This document shows positions 51,241-59,997 of a stretch of DNA of 64,000 bases, in pieces. Numbering within the stretch: the stretch's first letter is position 1; every line of letters begins with the position of its first letter. The position numbers and the translations under genes were made by a program. The notes below the pieces were generated by a model. It was not told the origin of the DNA, did no database searches, and saw nothing but the letters and a program-made list of their open reading frames with translations. The DNA comes from a virus, in IMG/VR virus record IMGVR_UViG_3300045988_098116, positions 19,627 through 83,626 of that record; one strand, given 5' to 3'.

Positions 51241-51516
51241 CTAATCTCCAAACACAACGCCGCACTCGTCCTTCAGCACGTCCTTGATGTGCTTCCGCTT
51301 GATGCGGCCCTCGTTTATTTCCTCTGCCAGCTTCTCCAGGCACTCATACAGATACGCGATGCTGTGGGTGTCCCGGCTGTCCGATGTCTCCTCTAAGACG
51401 TGCCAGCCGCATTTGTCCATCAGCACCATTGCCACCATGTCCATGTTCTCCCGTGTGCCTTGCAGCTTGCCCCGCATAAAGATGCGGTCGTCCCTGCTCA
51501 AATGCTGTTTACCCAT
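51241..51516 (-). CDS. hypothetical protein
   Basis: 91-aa ORF from internal ATG. Confidence 0.45.
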   Translation of the reverse strand: MGKQHLSRDDRIFMRGKLQGTRENMDMVAMVLMDKCGWHVLEETSDSRDTHSIAYLYECLEKLAEEINEGRIKRKHIKDVLKDECGVVFGD

Positions 51517-51709
51517 TCCCGTCGTCCTCCGAAATGTGCACCACCTCATAGCACCCGAACCGTCCGCCGTTTCGATACGCCTTGCATATCGCGCTTCGTG
51601 TGCTGGCGTAGGACCGCCCGGAACGCCGCGCCAGCTCCGCCGTACTCGTGCCCCACCAGCGGGGCAGGCGGTATTTGTCCCGTGACACGATCATATACAC
51701 CGTCGTCAT
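51509..51709 (-). CDS. hypothetical protein (possible small HTH)
   Basis: 66-aa ORF. Confidence 0.45.
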   Translation of the reverse strand: MTTVYMIVSRDKYRLPRWWGTSTAELARRSGRSYASTRSAICKAYRNGGRFGCYEVVHISEDDGNG

Positions 51710-51713
51710 GGGC

Positions 51714-52031
51714 TTACACCTCCCCGCACCGGTGCAGGCGCAGGCTGTCTGCCAGCTCCCGAGCTGACTGCTTCCGCTTGCGCTTCCGGTCCCGCGCCTG
51801 CTCCCAGCAGTTGCGGCACTCCGGGTACGGGCAGTTCATGCACTGATCTATGCGCTCCTGCGGCTCATGCTGGCTGTCCTCCACCGCGCCGCTCAAAAAT
51901 CGTCCTGTTTCTCCGCAATGTTCCTGCCGCCGGCTCTCCGCCGCGGCATCCACCGTCAGCCACGGTGCCTTGGCGCTGCCCAGGCTCCGCATAAATGCGC
52001 CGACGCTCATCGTTCCCTGCATTGCGTACAT
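51714..52031 (-). CDS. hypothetical protein
   Basis: 105 aa, GAGGGAGG RBS. Confidence 0.45.
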   Translation of the reverse strand: MYAMQGTMSVGAFMRSLGSAKAPWLTVDAAAESRRQEHCGETGRFLSGAVEDSQHEPQERIDQCMNCPYPECRNCWEQARDRKRKRKQSARELADSLRLHRCGEV

Positions 52032-52037
52032 GATGTT

Positions 52038-52529
52038 CTAAACCTCCCTCACCGTGATGCCGTGGAAATACAGCATCATCTTCCTTTTCATCACAAATAG
52101 TCTGTATGCGGCGCTGCTGGTGTCGCGGAAGCCCTTGCTGTCCTCCACCACCGTCTCGCCGCCCTGCTCGTATACGAAGTCGGCCACGTACTCTATGCCT
52201 TTCTCCTTCGTGCCGTCCTTGTGTACCTGCTTCGGTATCAATTCGTACTTTACCTGCGTCCGCAGACCGGATATTTCGCCGGCTCTCTGCATCAGCCAAA
52301 GGTCCATGTACCGCCGCGCCTCCCGCTTGCTGTCGAAGTGCATCAGCGTCCCGTCCGGCATGGTCAAGTCCACTTTCTCGGCGTGGAGTTTGTTGCCTTT
52401 CTTCGGCTTTTTGGCCTTTTCCGTCTCCTGTGTTTCTTTCTGTGCCGCCTGCTGCGCCTGTACTTTTTGCAATATCTGCGCCTGAGCCTTCTGCCCGAAG
52501 CGGCCTATGTCCTCCATCGTCAGTCCCAT
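52038..52529 (-). CDS. DUF1064-like (PD-(D/E)XK-type) phage protein
   Basis: C-terminal half FDSKREARRY..L......I..L..Q..YEL....H......EKGIEYVADFVYEQ.GETVVED.KG matches the DUF1064 pattern seen next to phage replication genes. Confidence 0.55.
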   Translation of the reverse strand: MGLTMEDIGRFGQKAQAQILQKVQAQQAAQKETQETEKAKKPKKGNKLHAEKVDLTMPDGTLMHFDSKREARRYMDLWLMQRAGEISGLRTQVKYELIPKQVHKDGTKEKGIEYVADFVYEQGGETVVEDSKGFRDTSSAAYRLFVMKRKMMLYFHGITVREV

Positions 52530-52534
52530 GCGGT

Positions 52535-53914
52535 TCAGTCCCCCTCCACCGTGCCCATTTCCAGGCGCCGCCTCCGTGGCCGCTGGTGGAACTTGTCGAC
52601 CGGCTCATCGTTGTCTGTCCGATAGCTCAGTTCCGTAAAGGTCATCTTCGACCCGTCGAAGTAGAAATTCACGTCCCCTGTGCGGCCCCTTCGGTTCTTT
52701 GCCACCGTGCAGCCCACCTGTGTGTCGTCCCCCGGGTCCGTTTTCCATAGGAATATGACCTTCACCGCGTTCTGCTCCAGCTCGCCGCTGTCGCGCAGGG
52801 AGTTCAGCTTCGGCTTGTCCGTTTCGTTCACCGTGCGGCTCAGCTGCGCCGCCGCCACAATGGGTATCTCCAGCTCCGACGCCAGCAGCTTCAGCTCCCG
52901 GCTTATTCCGCCCAGTTCCAGGTTGCGGTTCTCGGCTTTTTTGTCCTTTTCGCCGATCATCAATCCCAGATAGTCCACCACGATCATTTTCAGGTCATCT
53001 ATGCCCAGCGCCAGTTCCCGTATGCGGCTCACCGTCACATCCGGGCCGTCATAGAAGTACACCGGCAGCCGGCTCTCCCAGCTTGCCGCCTCAGCCACGC
53101 TGGCCCACAGGTCCTCATCCTCCGGCATCCCGTCAATGAGCTGGTCCATCGTCACGCCGTCCGCCCGCTTGGCCAGCAGTCTCTCGCCCACCTCTCCGGC
53201 CAGCATCTCCGCCGTGATGTGCAGCACCGTCTTGCCCTTCATGGCGGCGGCTTCCGTCATCTCCATGCACATGGCGCTCTTTCCGCAGCCCGGTCTCGCG
53301 CCCACAAGGATCAGCTGTCCCGGCCACAGCCCTTTCAGCGTCGCGTCCAGCAGGGGGAAACCTGTGTCTATCCGCCCCTCCTTTTTGCCGCTGATGCTGC
53401 TCATGGCCTCGCTCATGGCATCCGACATGGTTTTCAGCCGTCCGCCCCGGCGTGAGCGCATCTTCTGGTGGCATATCGCCGCCACCGCCGCCTGCGGGTC
53501 CTCATCCGTGGCCAGCGCCTCCATCACCGCCTTGGTGAAGCGGCGCTTCTCCGCCTTCTTCCGCACGATCCCGGCGTATTCCAGCACGTTGGCGCTGGTT
53601 GGGGTGATCTCCATGCACTGCAGCAGGTAGTTGCGCGTTTCGCTGCTGTACAGACCCTCCCGCTCCAATTCGCTGGCCACGGTCAATCCATCTATGGGCT
53701 TCGCCGCCACGTGCATCCGCCGTATGGCGGTGAATACCTCCTGGTTGGTGTAGATGTAAAAGTCGTCAGCCTCCACCGCGTTCAGCACGTCCTTTACGCA
53801 CGCCGCGTCGATCAGCATTGAACCGATCACCGCCCGTTCCGCGTCCCCGGAGTAGTCCTGCTGCCACAGCGCTACCTCCGCCGCCGGCGCTTTCTCGATC
53901 ACGCCTATTTCCAT
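52535..53914 (-). CDS. dnaB: replicative DNA helicase (DnaB family)
   Basis: 459 aa; N-terminal DnaB domain (ERAVIGSMLID); Walker A GARPGCGKSA; Walker B IVVDYLGLM; arginine-finger region. Confidence 0.9.
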   Translation of the reverse strand: MEIGVIEKAPAAEVALWQQDYSGDAERAVIGSMLIDAACVKDVLNAVEADDFYIYTNQEVFTAIRRMHVAAKPIDGLTVASELEREGLYSSETRNYLLQCMEITPTSANVLEYAGIVRKKAEKRRFTKAVMEALATDEDPQAAVAAICHQKMRSRRGGRLKTMSDAMSEAMSSISGKKEGRIDTGFPLLDATLKGLWPGQLILVGARPGCGKSAMCMEMTEAAAMKGKTVLHITAEMLAGEVGERLLAKRADGVTMDQLIDGMPEDEDLWASVAEAASWESRLPVYFYDGPDVTVSRIRELALGIDDLKMIVVDYLGLMIGEKDKKAENRNLELGGISRELKLLASELEIPIVAAAQLSRTVNETDKPKLNSLRDSGELEQNAVKVIFLWKTDPGDDTQVGCTVAKNRRGRTGDVNFYFDGSKMTFTELSYRTDNDEPVDKFHQRPRRRRLEMGTVEGD

Positions 53915-53921
53915 GTGTTCT

Positions 53922-55019
53922 TCACTCCTTCACCGCGCCCTGCTCCTTCACCATGTCGGCAAATATCTCGTTGAAATACCGCTTCATGTCATAGGTGCTC
54001 TGCACTTTCTTTCCCCACCACTGGCTGTTCAGTGCGAAGTACAGCACGTTGTCTATCGTGTCCCACGCCACGCCGTTCTGCTCGTGCAGTTCATTCAGCG
54101 CCACGGCCTGCTTCTGCATCTCCGCCTCCGTGGGCTGCGCCCTGCCTGGATTGTCCCGGGCCTTCTCCTGCGCCAGGTACTGCGCGATCTGATAGGCTTC
54201 GCTGGCGTGGTCAACAGTAGGAGCGTCGTTTTCAGGGATGAACTCCTGCGTGTAGTTGCCCTCAAGGGTTTTCTGGAAGTTGTCCGGGCTCGTAATGAGC
54301 CAGTCGAAGCTGGCCACGAAGCCGCGCTTGTTTTTGCCCTTCAGGAACGGGCTGTTCTTCACGTTCTCAATGGCTTTCAGCACACCGTCCACGCCGTTTT
54401 CCCGGATGCGGGCTTTCAGCGCCCGTCCCCGCTTGGTCTCCGCCGTTACCTTCATCACCTGCGTCAGTCCGGTCTCGTTCCACGCCGCCACGATGCGTCG
54501 GACATCACTTGTCCGACACACAGGCTCTTTAGAGCCTGTATATATCTCTGGCTCTATCTCTGACTCTGACTCTATCTCTGACTCTCCGTAACCGATTTCG
54601 CACGGTGTTGTAACATCGTTACGCTCCGGGGCAGGCAAAGCCTTGCTTTTTCGTGCCCGATAGTCCCGCATCCGCTGAGCCGCAGCGCCTTCGCTGCCCA
54701 CATTTTTCACCGCGTAGGGCAGAAAAACCTCCGTCAGGTCACTGGATGCCTCTGCCAACCCGCAGGAGAGCAGATATTGCAGCGTGACCGCTACATTTGC
54801 CGGATCCTCGTCCAGGTCTAAGGCCAGTTCATCGGCGAATTTTTCCTCCAGCCCCGACCATTTCAAGGTGCCGCCGTGCTTCATCGCCATGAGCTGCATT
54901 TTCAGGTAGATGATGACGTAGGTATCTCCACCGGCTATCTTCCGCAGTTTCTTGATGCGCTTCGAGGTAAAGAAGTCATCGTACAGTTTCAGCCAGAAAT
55001 ATCGCTTTTCTTCCGCCAC
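53922..55019 (-). CDS. phage replisome organizer / DnaD-like replication initiation protein
   Basis: GTG 55019 after GGAGGAG; YFWLKLYDDFFTSKRIKKLRKIAGGDTYVIIYLKMQL is the typical replisome-organizer N-terminal region. Confidence 0.75.
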   Translation of the reverse strand: MAEEKRYFWLKLYDDFFTSKRIKKLRKIAGGDTYVIIYLKMQLMAMKHGGTLKWSGLEEKFADELALDLDEDPANVAVTLQYLLSCGLAEASSDLTEVFLPYAVKNVGSEGAAAQRMRDYRARKSKALPAPERNDVTTPCEIGYGESEIESESEIEPEIYTGSKEPVCRTSDVRRIVAAWNETGLTQVMKVTAETKRGRALKARIRENGVDGVLKAIENVKNSPFLKGKNKRGFVASFDWLITSPDNFQKTLEGNYTQEFIPENDAPTVDHASEAYQIAQYLAQEKARDNPGRAQPTEAEMQKQAVALNELHEQNGVAWDTIDNVLYFALNSQWWGKKVQSTYDMKRYFNEIFADMVKEQGAVKE

Positions 55020-55035
55020 GTGAATCACTCCTCCC

Positions 55036-55596
55036 TCAAATGCCCAGGTCGTAGTCCTCGTCCGCGCCGTCCCGGTCCCAGGGCAGCGGCTCGTCATCAT
55101 CTATCTCGTGCAGTGCCGCCGCGCTTTGGGGCGCGGCGTTCAGCATCCCGCTGGGCTTCCCGGTGGGGGTCTCTCCCGTGCACAGTTTTTCCAGCTGCGG
55201 CAGCAGATCCGCCAGCCGTAGGAATACCTCCACCGGCACCTGCAGCAGCGTTTCCAGCGCTCCCAAAGGGATCACATGGTCTGCGCGAAGCTCGCTCCAC
55301 ACCTTTGCCTCGCCGTCCTTGGTGGTGTACGGTTTCTGCCGCCATGTTCCCACCACGCATACTGCATCGCCCTTTTCCAGGCACGCGCTCAGCTTTGTGG
55401 CGGCGTTGTCACCCACGGCGCACACGTTCATAAACTGCTTGCTGTCGTAGCCCATGCCGAACTCCACCTTCGGCAGGTTGTTCTTGGGTATCGCGCCTAT
55501 CCGGGGATCCCGGCTGACGGAGCCGGTACAGATCATGTACTGGCTTCCGTCAGCCTTGCCCTCTCCGTCCAGACGCTTCCGAACGAATAGAGGCAT
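55036..55596 (-). CDS. single-strand DNA-binding-like protein (OB-fold candidate with acidic tail)
   Basis: 186 aa; position between RecT and replication genes; acidic C-terminus ...DDDEPLPWDRDGADEDYDLGI. Confidence 0.45.
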   Translation of the reverse strand: MPLFVRKRLDGEGKADGSQYMICTGSVSRDPRIGAIPKNNLPKVEFGMGYDSKQFMNVCAVGDNAATKLSACLEKGDAVCVVGTWRQKPYTTKDGEAKVWSELRADHVIPLGALETLLQVPVEVFLRLADLLPQLEKLCTGETPTGKPSGMLNAAPQSAAALHEIDDDEPLPWDRDGADEDYDLGI

Positions 55597-56624
55597 TACT
55601 GCTCGCCCTCCCCGAAGAACCCTGCGGAGTAGTCCTTCGCCTCCGTCTTTCCCTCTGCGGGGCTCTGTGTGCGTTTGCGGGACGGGGCGGTGTCGTCACC
55701 CTTCTTCGGCTCTGCGGCGCTCTCAGAGGGTGCTGTGGGGCTGGTGGCGGCTGTTTCCTGCTCTGTGGTGGGGGTATCGTCCTCCACCACGTGTCCGGTA
55801 GTGGGGATGACCGGATCGGTTTCCGCGCCGTCCCCCGTGGCCACCACGGTATCGTCGCTGTCCTCGTTGAAGTAGCTGCGTACCTCGTTGGAAAGCGGCG
55901 CATAGCCGCTGTTCAGCAGCTGGCGCATCATGGTCTTGCGGCACATCTTGTCCTGTCCGCCGTTCACGTCGTACCAGGGCGTACCGTTCAGCAGTTTGGT
56001 CTGCTCCTTGGCGTCCAGCTCGCCATTGATAAGTGCGTTATACTTATCCAGTTTGAAAGCCGGGGAGTAGCGGTCCGCGTGCTTGAGCAGTTTGTCCATG
56101 CTCCAATACTCGTAGCGGAACGTTCCGTCCTTCAGCTCGAAGTAGGCGTAGTAGCCGATGACCTTGTGGCTCTCGCGCTCCTCGTCTGTGTCGTACTTGG
56201 CCAGGTTGATGACCGGCTTGCCCGTGCGGCGGGAGCGCCCTTCCAGTTCGCCCTCGCGCACCTCCACACAGTCGATGTCCGCGTAGTAGCCTGTGGACAT
56301 GGCCAGCTGTATGTAGCCCTTGTACGACATCAGGTAGGTCGCCACACTGCCGTAGGGCACGATGTAGTAGCCGTGTCCGTAGATCAGACCCATGCCCTCG
56401 CCACGCAGGCCGGCGGCAATGATGGTGCCGGGGTCGCAGGCTTTCAGCGCCTCGCTGGCGCTCACCGCGCCGATCAGGGTGCTGGTGAACCGCGCCGCCA
56501 TCTTGTCGTTCTTCAGCGCCCGCGAGATCATCTGCTGGGTGTTGGGCGCCGTGATCGCCATGCTGAATGTGGGCTTCTTGGCCTGCGCCATCTGCGTAAA
56601 GCCCGTCTGATTCTGCGTTTTCAT
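55596..56624 (-). CDS. recT: RecT-family single-strand annealing recombinase
   Basis: 342 aa; core GLIYGHGYYIVPYG...SYKGYIQLA...YYAYFELKDG typical of RecT. Confidence 0.8.
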   Translation of the reverse strand: MKTQNQTGFTQMAQAKKPTFSMAITAPNTQQMISRALKNDKMAARFTSTLIGAVSASEALKACDPGTIIAAGLRGEGMGLIYGHGYYIVPYGSVATYLMSYKGYIQLAMSTGYYADIDCVEVREGELEGRSRRTGKPVINLAKYDTDEERESHKVIGYYAYFELKDGTFRYEYWSMDKLLKHADRYSPAFKLDKYNALINGELDAKEQTKLLNGTPWYDVNGGQDKMCRKTMMRQLLNSGYAPLSNEVRSYFNEDSDDTVVATGDGAETDPVIPTTGHVVEDDTPTTEQETAATSPTAPSESAAEPKKGDDTAPSRKRTQSPAEGKTEAKDYSAGFFGEGEQ

Positions 56625-56639
56625 GTTCCTTCTCCTCCC

Positions 56640-57563
56640 TTACTCCTGCGGCACACGCCCGTAGCGGATGCCCTTAGTCCTCATGTACACACGCAGCTCG
56701 TCCAACTGCGCCGCCGTACCGAATACGCGGAAATCCACGGTGTAGGTAGGTTCCGGCTCAGACACGGCACGCTCAAATGCTTCGCGCTCCACGGTGGCGA
56801 TGACCTGTCCGACTTCACTGTGTTCTTCAATTACAGCGTCACCGGCGGACGCCATGCGGACAGTAGCACAGGCGGCTTTCTGCTCCTCGTACTTCGCCGC
56901 GGCCTCCGCTTCCTTGCGCTTTCGTTCCTCCTCGGCGGCCTTCATGCGGCCCAGTGTCTCGTTCTTCACCAGCACCGCGCTGAGGTTCCTGGTGCGGGTG
57001 TACTCGTCCAGCAGCGTGGTCTCGAACTCGCTGTGCAGCGCACGAATGGCGTTCAAATCGGCGCGGCAGCGGTCTATGGCGGCGTTTATGTCCATCTGTG
57101 CCGTGCTCTCGGCATAGGTGGCGTTCAGCCACTTGGGATTAAAGCAGTCGTCAAAGGTCAGCCACTCCGCCATGTCGCCCACCACCTGGGCGAAGTACGC
57201 AGCCAGCCGGTCCTTTTTCTCCTGCTCCGCCGCCTCCTCCATCGCCTTGATCTGCACGTCCAGCGCACCCGCGGTCTCCTCGCACAGGGCGGTCAGCTCC
57301 TTGCACTTGGTCTCAAAGCTGCTGTACGCCTCCAGTGCCGCCGCCTTTGCCATCTTGCGGCTCTCGTCGATGTGGTCCCGGATCTTCCTCACCGCCGCGC
57401 GATATTGCTTCGCCTGCGCCGTGCTCTCCGGTGTCACCGCCATCGTCCGCAGGGGCTCCAGGTTCTCCGTCAGCCACGCCTTTGTTTCCTCGAAGTTAGC
57501 CCCGATCTGAAACTGCCGAAGCGGAGCCAGGTCTGTGGTGATGCGAAATTCCGCCGCTCTCAT
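56640..57563 (-). CDS. DUF1351-like recombination-module protein
   Basis: ATG 57563; 307 aa; coiled-coil; position next to RecT as in many Firmicute phages. Confidence 0.45.
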   Translation of the reverse strand: MRAAEFRITTDLAPLRQFQIGANFEETKAWLTENLEPLRTMAVTPESTAQAKQYRAAVRKIRDHIDESRKMAKAAALEAYSSFETKCKELTALCEETAGALDVQIKAMEEAAEQEKKDRLAAYFAQVVGDMAEWLTFDDCFNPKWLNATYAESTAQMDINAAIDRCRADLNAIRALHSEFETTLLDEYTRTRNLSAVLVKNETLGRMKAAEEERKRKEAEAAAKYEEQKAACATVRMASAGDAVIEEHSEVGQVIATVEREAFERAVSEPEPTYTVDFRVFGTAAQLDELRVYMRTKGIRYGRVPQE

Positions 57564-57796
57564 GCCCTCACCTCCGCGTCGTACTTGGTGATGTGTTTCA
57601 CCCTGTCCGCCCATGCCGGGTCAATGGCGCTCTCCGGCAGGTCCACCTCTGTAATGATGGCCTTCTTCTCCGTGCCCTCGCCCCCGGGGACAAGCACCTT
57701 GTCCCCGGGGTGCAGCGGCAGGTCGGTGAGAAAGGTGTACGCCTGTCCGCCGTAGCCGTTCAGCTTCGGCTTGTGATACATCGCCTTTACGATCAT
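57560..57796 (-). CDS. hypothetical protein
   Basis: 78-aa ORF, coupled. Confidence 0.45.
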   Translation of the reverse strand: MIVKAMYHKPKLNGYGGQAYTFLTDLPLHPGDKVLVPGGEGTEKKAIITEVDLPESAIDPAWADRVKHITKYDAEVRA

Positions 57797-58128
57797 CCCT
57801 GCTCACCCTCCTTCTTGCCGGCATCCTCCGTCTTGTTGGCATCCTTCTTCCTGGCGCGTTCCAGGCTGTCCATCAGCGTTTTGATCTTCATGAGGGTGTA
57901 GGCTTCTTCCGTTTTGTTTTCGCACACCGCTTTCTTTACCGAGTCCTCCACGCCGCACAGGAAGGAGGCATACGCCAGCGTTGTCACGTCGCGTGCTTCT
58001 GTCCGACACGCCATGTCCACGCCCTCCTCGATCTTGCGCCCATAAGCCATCATGGCGAAGTCAAGGTTAGTCTCCTCCTGCAGCACTTCGCCGGTCTCGG
58101 CGTTGGTCATCGTCAGTTTCAGTTTCAT
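57793..58128 (-). CDS. hypothetical protein
   Basis: ATG 58128 (TGATG coupling); 111 aa. Confidence 0.45.
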   Translation of the reverse strand: MKLKLTMTNAETGEVLQEETNLDFAMMAYGRKIEEGVDMACRTEARDVTTLAYASFLCGVEDSVKKAVCENKTEEAYTLMKIKTLMDSLERARKKDANKTEDAGKKEGEQG

Positions 58129-58487
58129 CACTTGCCCTCCTTCTTGGCCGTGCGCTTGCCACCCTTCTTGGGGGCGGACTTCTTCTTTGCGGCGGCTTCC
58201 TTCTCCGCCTGTGCCGCAGCCCATGCCGCGTCATCCTCCGCCATCTTCTGGCGGATGCGGCTGTCCTTCTCGGTAACGAGCTTTACGGCGTTCTCCGTCA
58301 GGCGCACCAGCAGCCCCGCCGTGCCGATGGGTACGTTTTCGGCTACGTTTGCGGCGGCCACGCCGTCATACTTGTCCTCCTCGCCCTCCTTGGGCATCAC
58401 CGCCGCGCATATCACGCCGCAGGCGTTCCGCACGAATACGCGCTCTTCTCCCGTTTCCATGTCCAGCACGGTCACTCGAAATGCCAT
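58128..58487 (-). CDS. hypothetical protein with Lys/Ala-rich tail
   Basis: ATG 58487 after AAAGGAGA; 119 aa. Confidence 0.45.
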   Translation of the reverse strand: MAFRVTVLDMETGEERVFVRNACGVICAAVMPKEGEEDKYDGVAAANVAENVPIGTAGLLVRLTENAVKLVTEKDSRIRQKMAEDDAAWAAAQAEKEAAAKKKSAPKKGGKRTAKKEGK

Positions 58488-58511
58488 TTCATTTCTCCTT
58501 TCGTTTTTCAC

Positions 58512-59114
58512 TTAAAGTCGTAATATTGCCGCCGGGGGTATCCCGTTGAGCACATTGTTTTGGTAAAAGTCCGTTTCCTTTTCCAGCAGCCACGCCATGT
58601 CCGTCTCCTGCTCCGCCCTCTCGAAGTGATAGGTGCGTATGCTCAGATCGCCGTCCATGTTTTCCAGGCTTGCCATCAGGTCTACGAACTCGTACCCGGT
58701 CGCCAGCATTTGATGCAGGAGCTGGCAGTAGTAGTGGCTGGGTATCTGCCCGTTCCACTTCGCCCATCCCGCTTTGCCGTTTGGTGAGCTGGTCTTTATC
58801 TCCAAAATGCCCTTCCGCCCTCGCTCGTCAGTGACCTCTCCGTCAAGCGTGGCAAATATAAAGGGCCGTTCTTTCTGGTACAGAATGTCGTAGGGGTAGT
58901 AGTCCACTGTTCGTCCCGGGTGTATGGCCGTGTACAGCCCACGCAGTGCCGGTTCCATCCGCACGCCGCGGCTCACCGCCGCGCTGCCGCTCAGATCCTT
59001 GGCTTTCTCCGCGCCCACCTTTAGCCGCCACAGTTCCAATTTCGACATCCACGGGGACATCCCCACCACCGCTGCGGCTTCACTGGCGCCTATGCCCTGC
59101 ATACGTCCTGCCAA
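58512..59114 (-). CDS. YqaJ-type (lambda Exo-like) recombination exonuclease
   Basis: GIGASEAAAVVGMSPWMSKLELW...RGVRMEP...FATLDGEV...ILEIKT...YYCQLLHQM: PD-(D/E)XK YqaJ pattern; TTG start after GGGAGG. Confidence 0.8.
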   Translation of the reverse strand: MAGRMQGIGASEAAAVVGMSPWMSKLELWRLKVGAEKAKDLSGSAAVSRGVRMEPALRGLYTAIHPGRTVDYYPYDILYQKERPFIFATLDGEVTDERGRKGILEIKTSSPNGKAGWAKWNGQIPSHYYCQLLHQMLATGYEFVDLMASLENMDGDLSIRTYHFERAEQETDMAWLLEKETDFYQNNVLNGIPPAAILRL

Positions 59115-59195
59115 CCAGTCCTCCCTGTTCTCAAAGTGCAGCCGTTCCGTTTTTCTCCACTTCCTTCCTGCAAATTAAAAGAGCGCCGACAAGCT

Positions 59196-59212
59196 GTTCG
59201 GAATTTCCGAAC
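59196..59212. promoter_or_regulatory. perfect 17-bp palindrome GTTCGGAA-T-TTCCGAAC
   Basis: 8-bp arms, in the 147-bp gap upstream of the exonuclease gene. Confidence 0.4.
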
Positions 59213-59261
59213 CACTCGACGACGCTCCGCCCTTCCCGCCAACTGACTTAGGCGGGGTACG

Positions 59262-59402
59262 TTATTTGGTTTTCAGCTCGTCCCGCTTTACCGCGACGAC
59301 CTTTATCCGATCCTTGAGGGGGATGATCTCTATCCGCTGCCCCTTCGCCAGCGCCATGTTGATGGCGAATACCTGCTCCGCCGTAAGATTTATTCCCGCC
59401 AT
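59262..59402 (-). CDS. small hypothetical protein (46 aa)
   Basis: MAGINLTAEQVFAINMALAKGQRIEIIPLKDRIKVVAVKRDELKTK; below ORF-track cutoff. Confidence 0.4.
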   Translation of the reverse strand: MAGINLTAEQVFAINMALAKGQRIEIIPLKDRIKVVAVKRDELKTK

Positions 59403-59418
59403 ATTCTCTCCATTTCCC

Positions 59419-59610
59419 TTACCTGAAAAGCCCCAGGGCTTTACAGCTTGTCCATGCGCCCACCAGGGCGGCTCCCGCGAGAAGCAGCAGCCACAGCGAG
59501 CCGCCGTTCTCCACTTCTCCGATGATGCCCCACGCCAGAAAGGCGCTCACACCCAGCAGTACCTTCCACTTCTGCTCACGCCGGCGCTCACTCCTGGTCC
59601 TGCTCATCAT
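59419..59610 (-). CDS. small membrane protein
   Basis: 63 aa, basic N-terminus plus two hydrophobic segments. Confidence 0.4.
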   Translation of the reverse strand: MMSRTRSERRREQKWKVLLGVSAFLAWGIIGEVENGGSLWLLLLAGAALVGAWTSCKALGLFR

Positions 59611-59758
59611 TGTCCTCCTCTATGTACGGTTCTCCGCACACCGGGCAATACATATCCCGGCGTACCTCTATGCCGTTCTCCCCGTCCAGGTTCTCTTTCC
59701 TCTCCCGGATCACCGGCGCGTCAAACCTCACGCCGCATATTCTGCACCGCCAGCTCAT
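59588..59758 (-). CDS. small Zn-ribbon protein (56 aa)
   Basis: MSWRCRICGVRF...MYCPVCGEPYIEEDNDEQDQE; below ORF-track cutoff. Confidence 0.45.
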   Translation of the reverse strand: MSWRCRICGVRFDAPVIRERKENLDGENGIEVRRDMYCPVCGEPYIEEDNDEQDQE

Positions 59759-59997
59759 AGCGTGATGGCCGACCGCAGATCGTCTATGGGGATGTGCAGT
59801 GCCCGGCAGGCTTTCTGAAGCTCCCGCACCGTGAAGTCCAGCGGGTCTTTCTTCCGCTGCCGCAGCGTCTTGGGCGTCATTCCCAGTGCTGCGGCCAGCT
59901 CCTGCTTCTGCACGCCCTCTGTCTCCATCGCGCCGTACAGCAGCGCCACGATCTTCTGCTCCGTGGGGTTCACCCCCAAGGGCTTCACTCTCGGCAT
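59755..59997 (-). CDS. small HTH-like regulatory protein
   Basis: 80 aa; QKQELAAALGMTPKTLRQRKKDP. Confidence 0.5.
   Translation of the reverse strand: MPRVKPLGVNPTEQKIVALLYGAMETEGVQKQELAAALGMTPKTLRQRKKDPLDFTVRELQKACRALHIPIDDLRSAITL

Noticed and set aside
51865-52608. 247-aa Arg/Gly-rich minus-strand ORF
   Set aside because: Alternative frame of the DUF1064-like and neighbouring genes; composition is typical of an out-of-frame high-GC translation.
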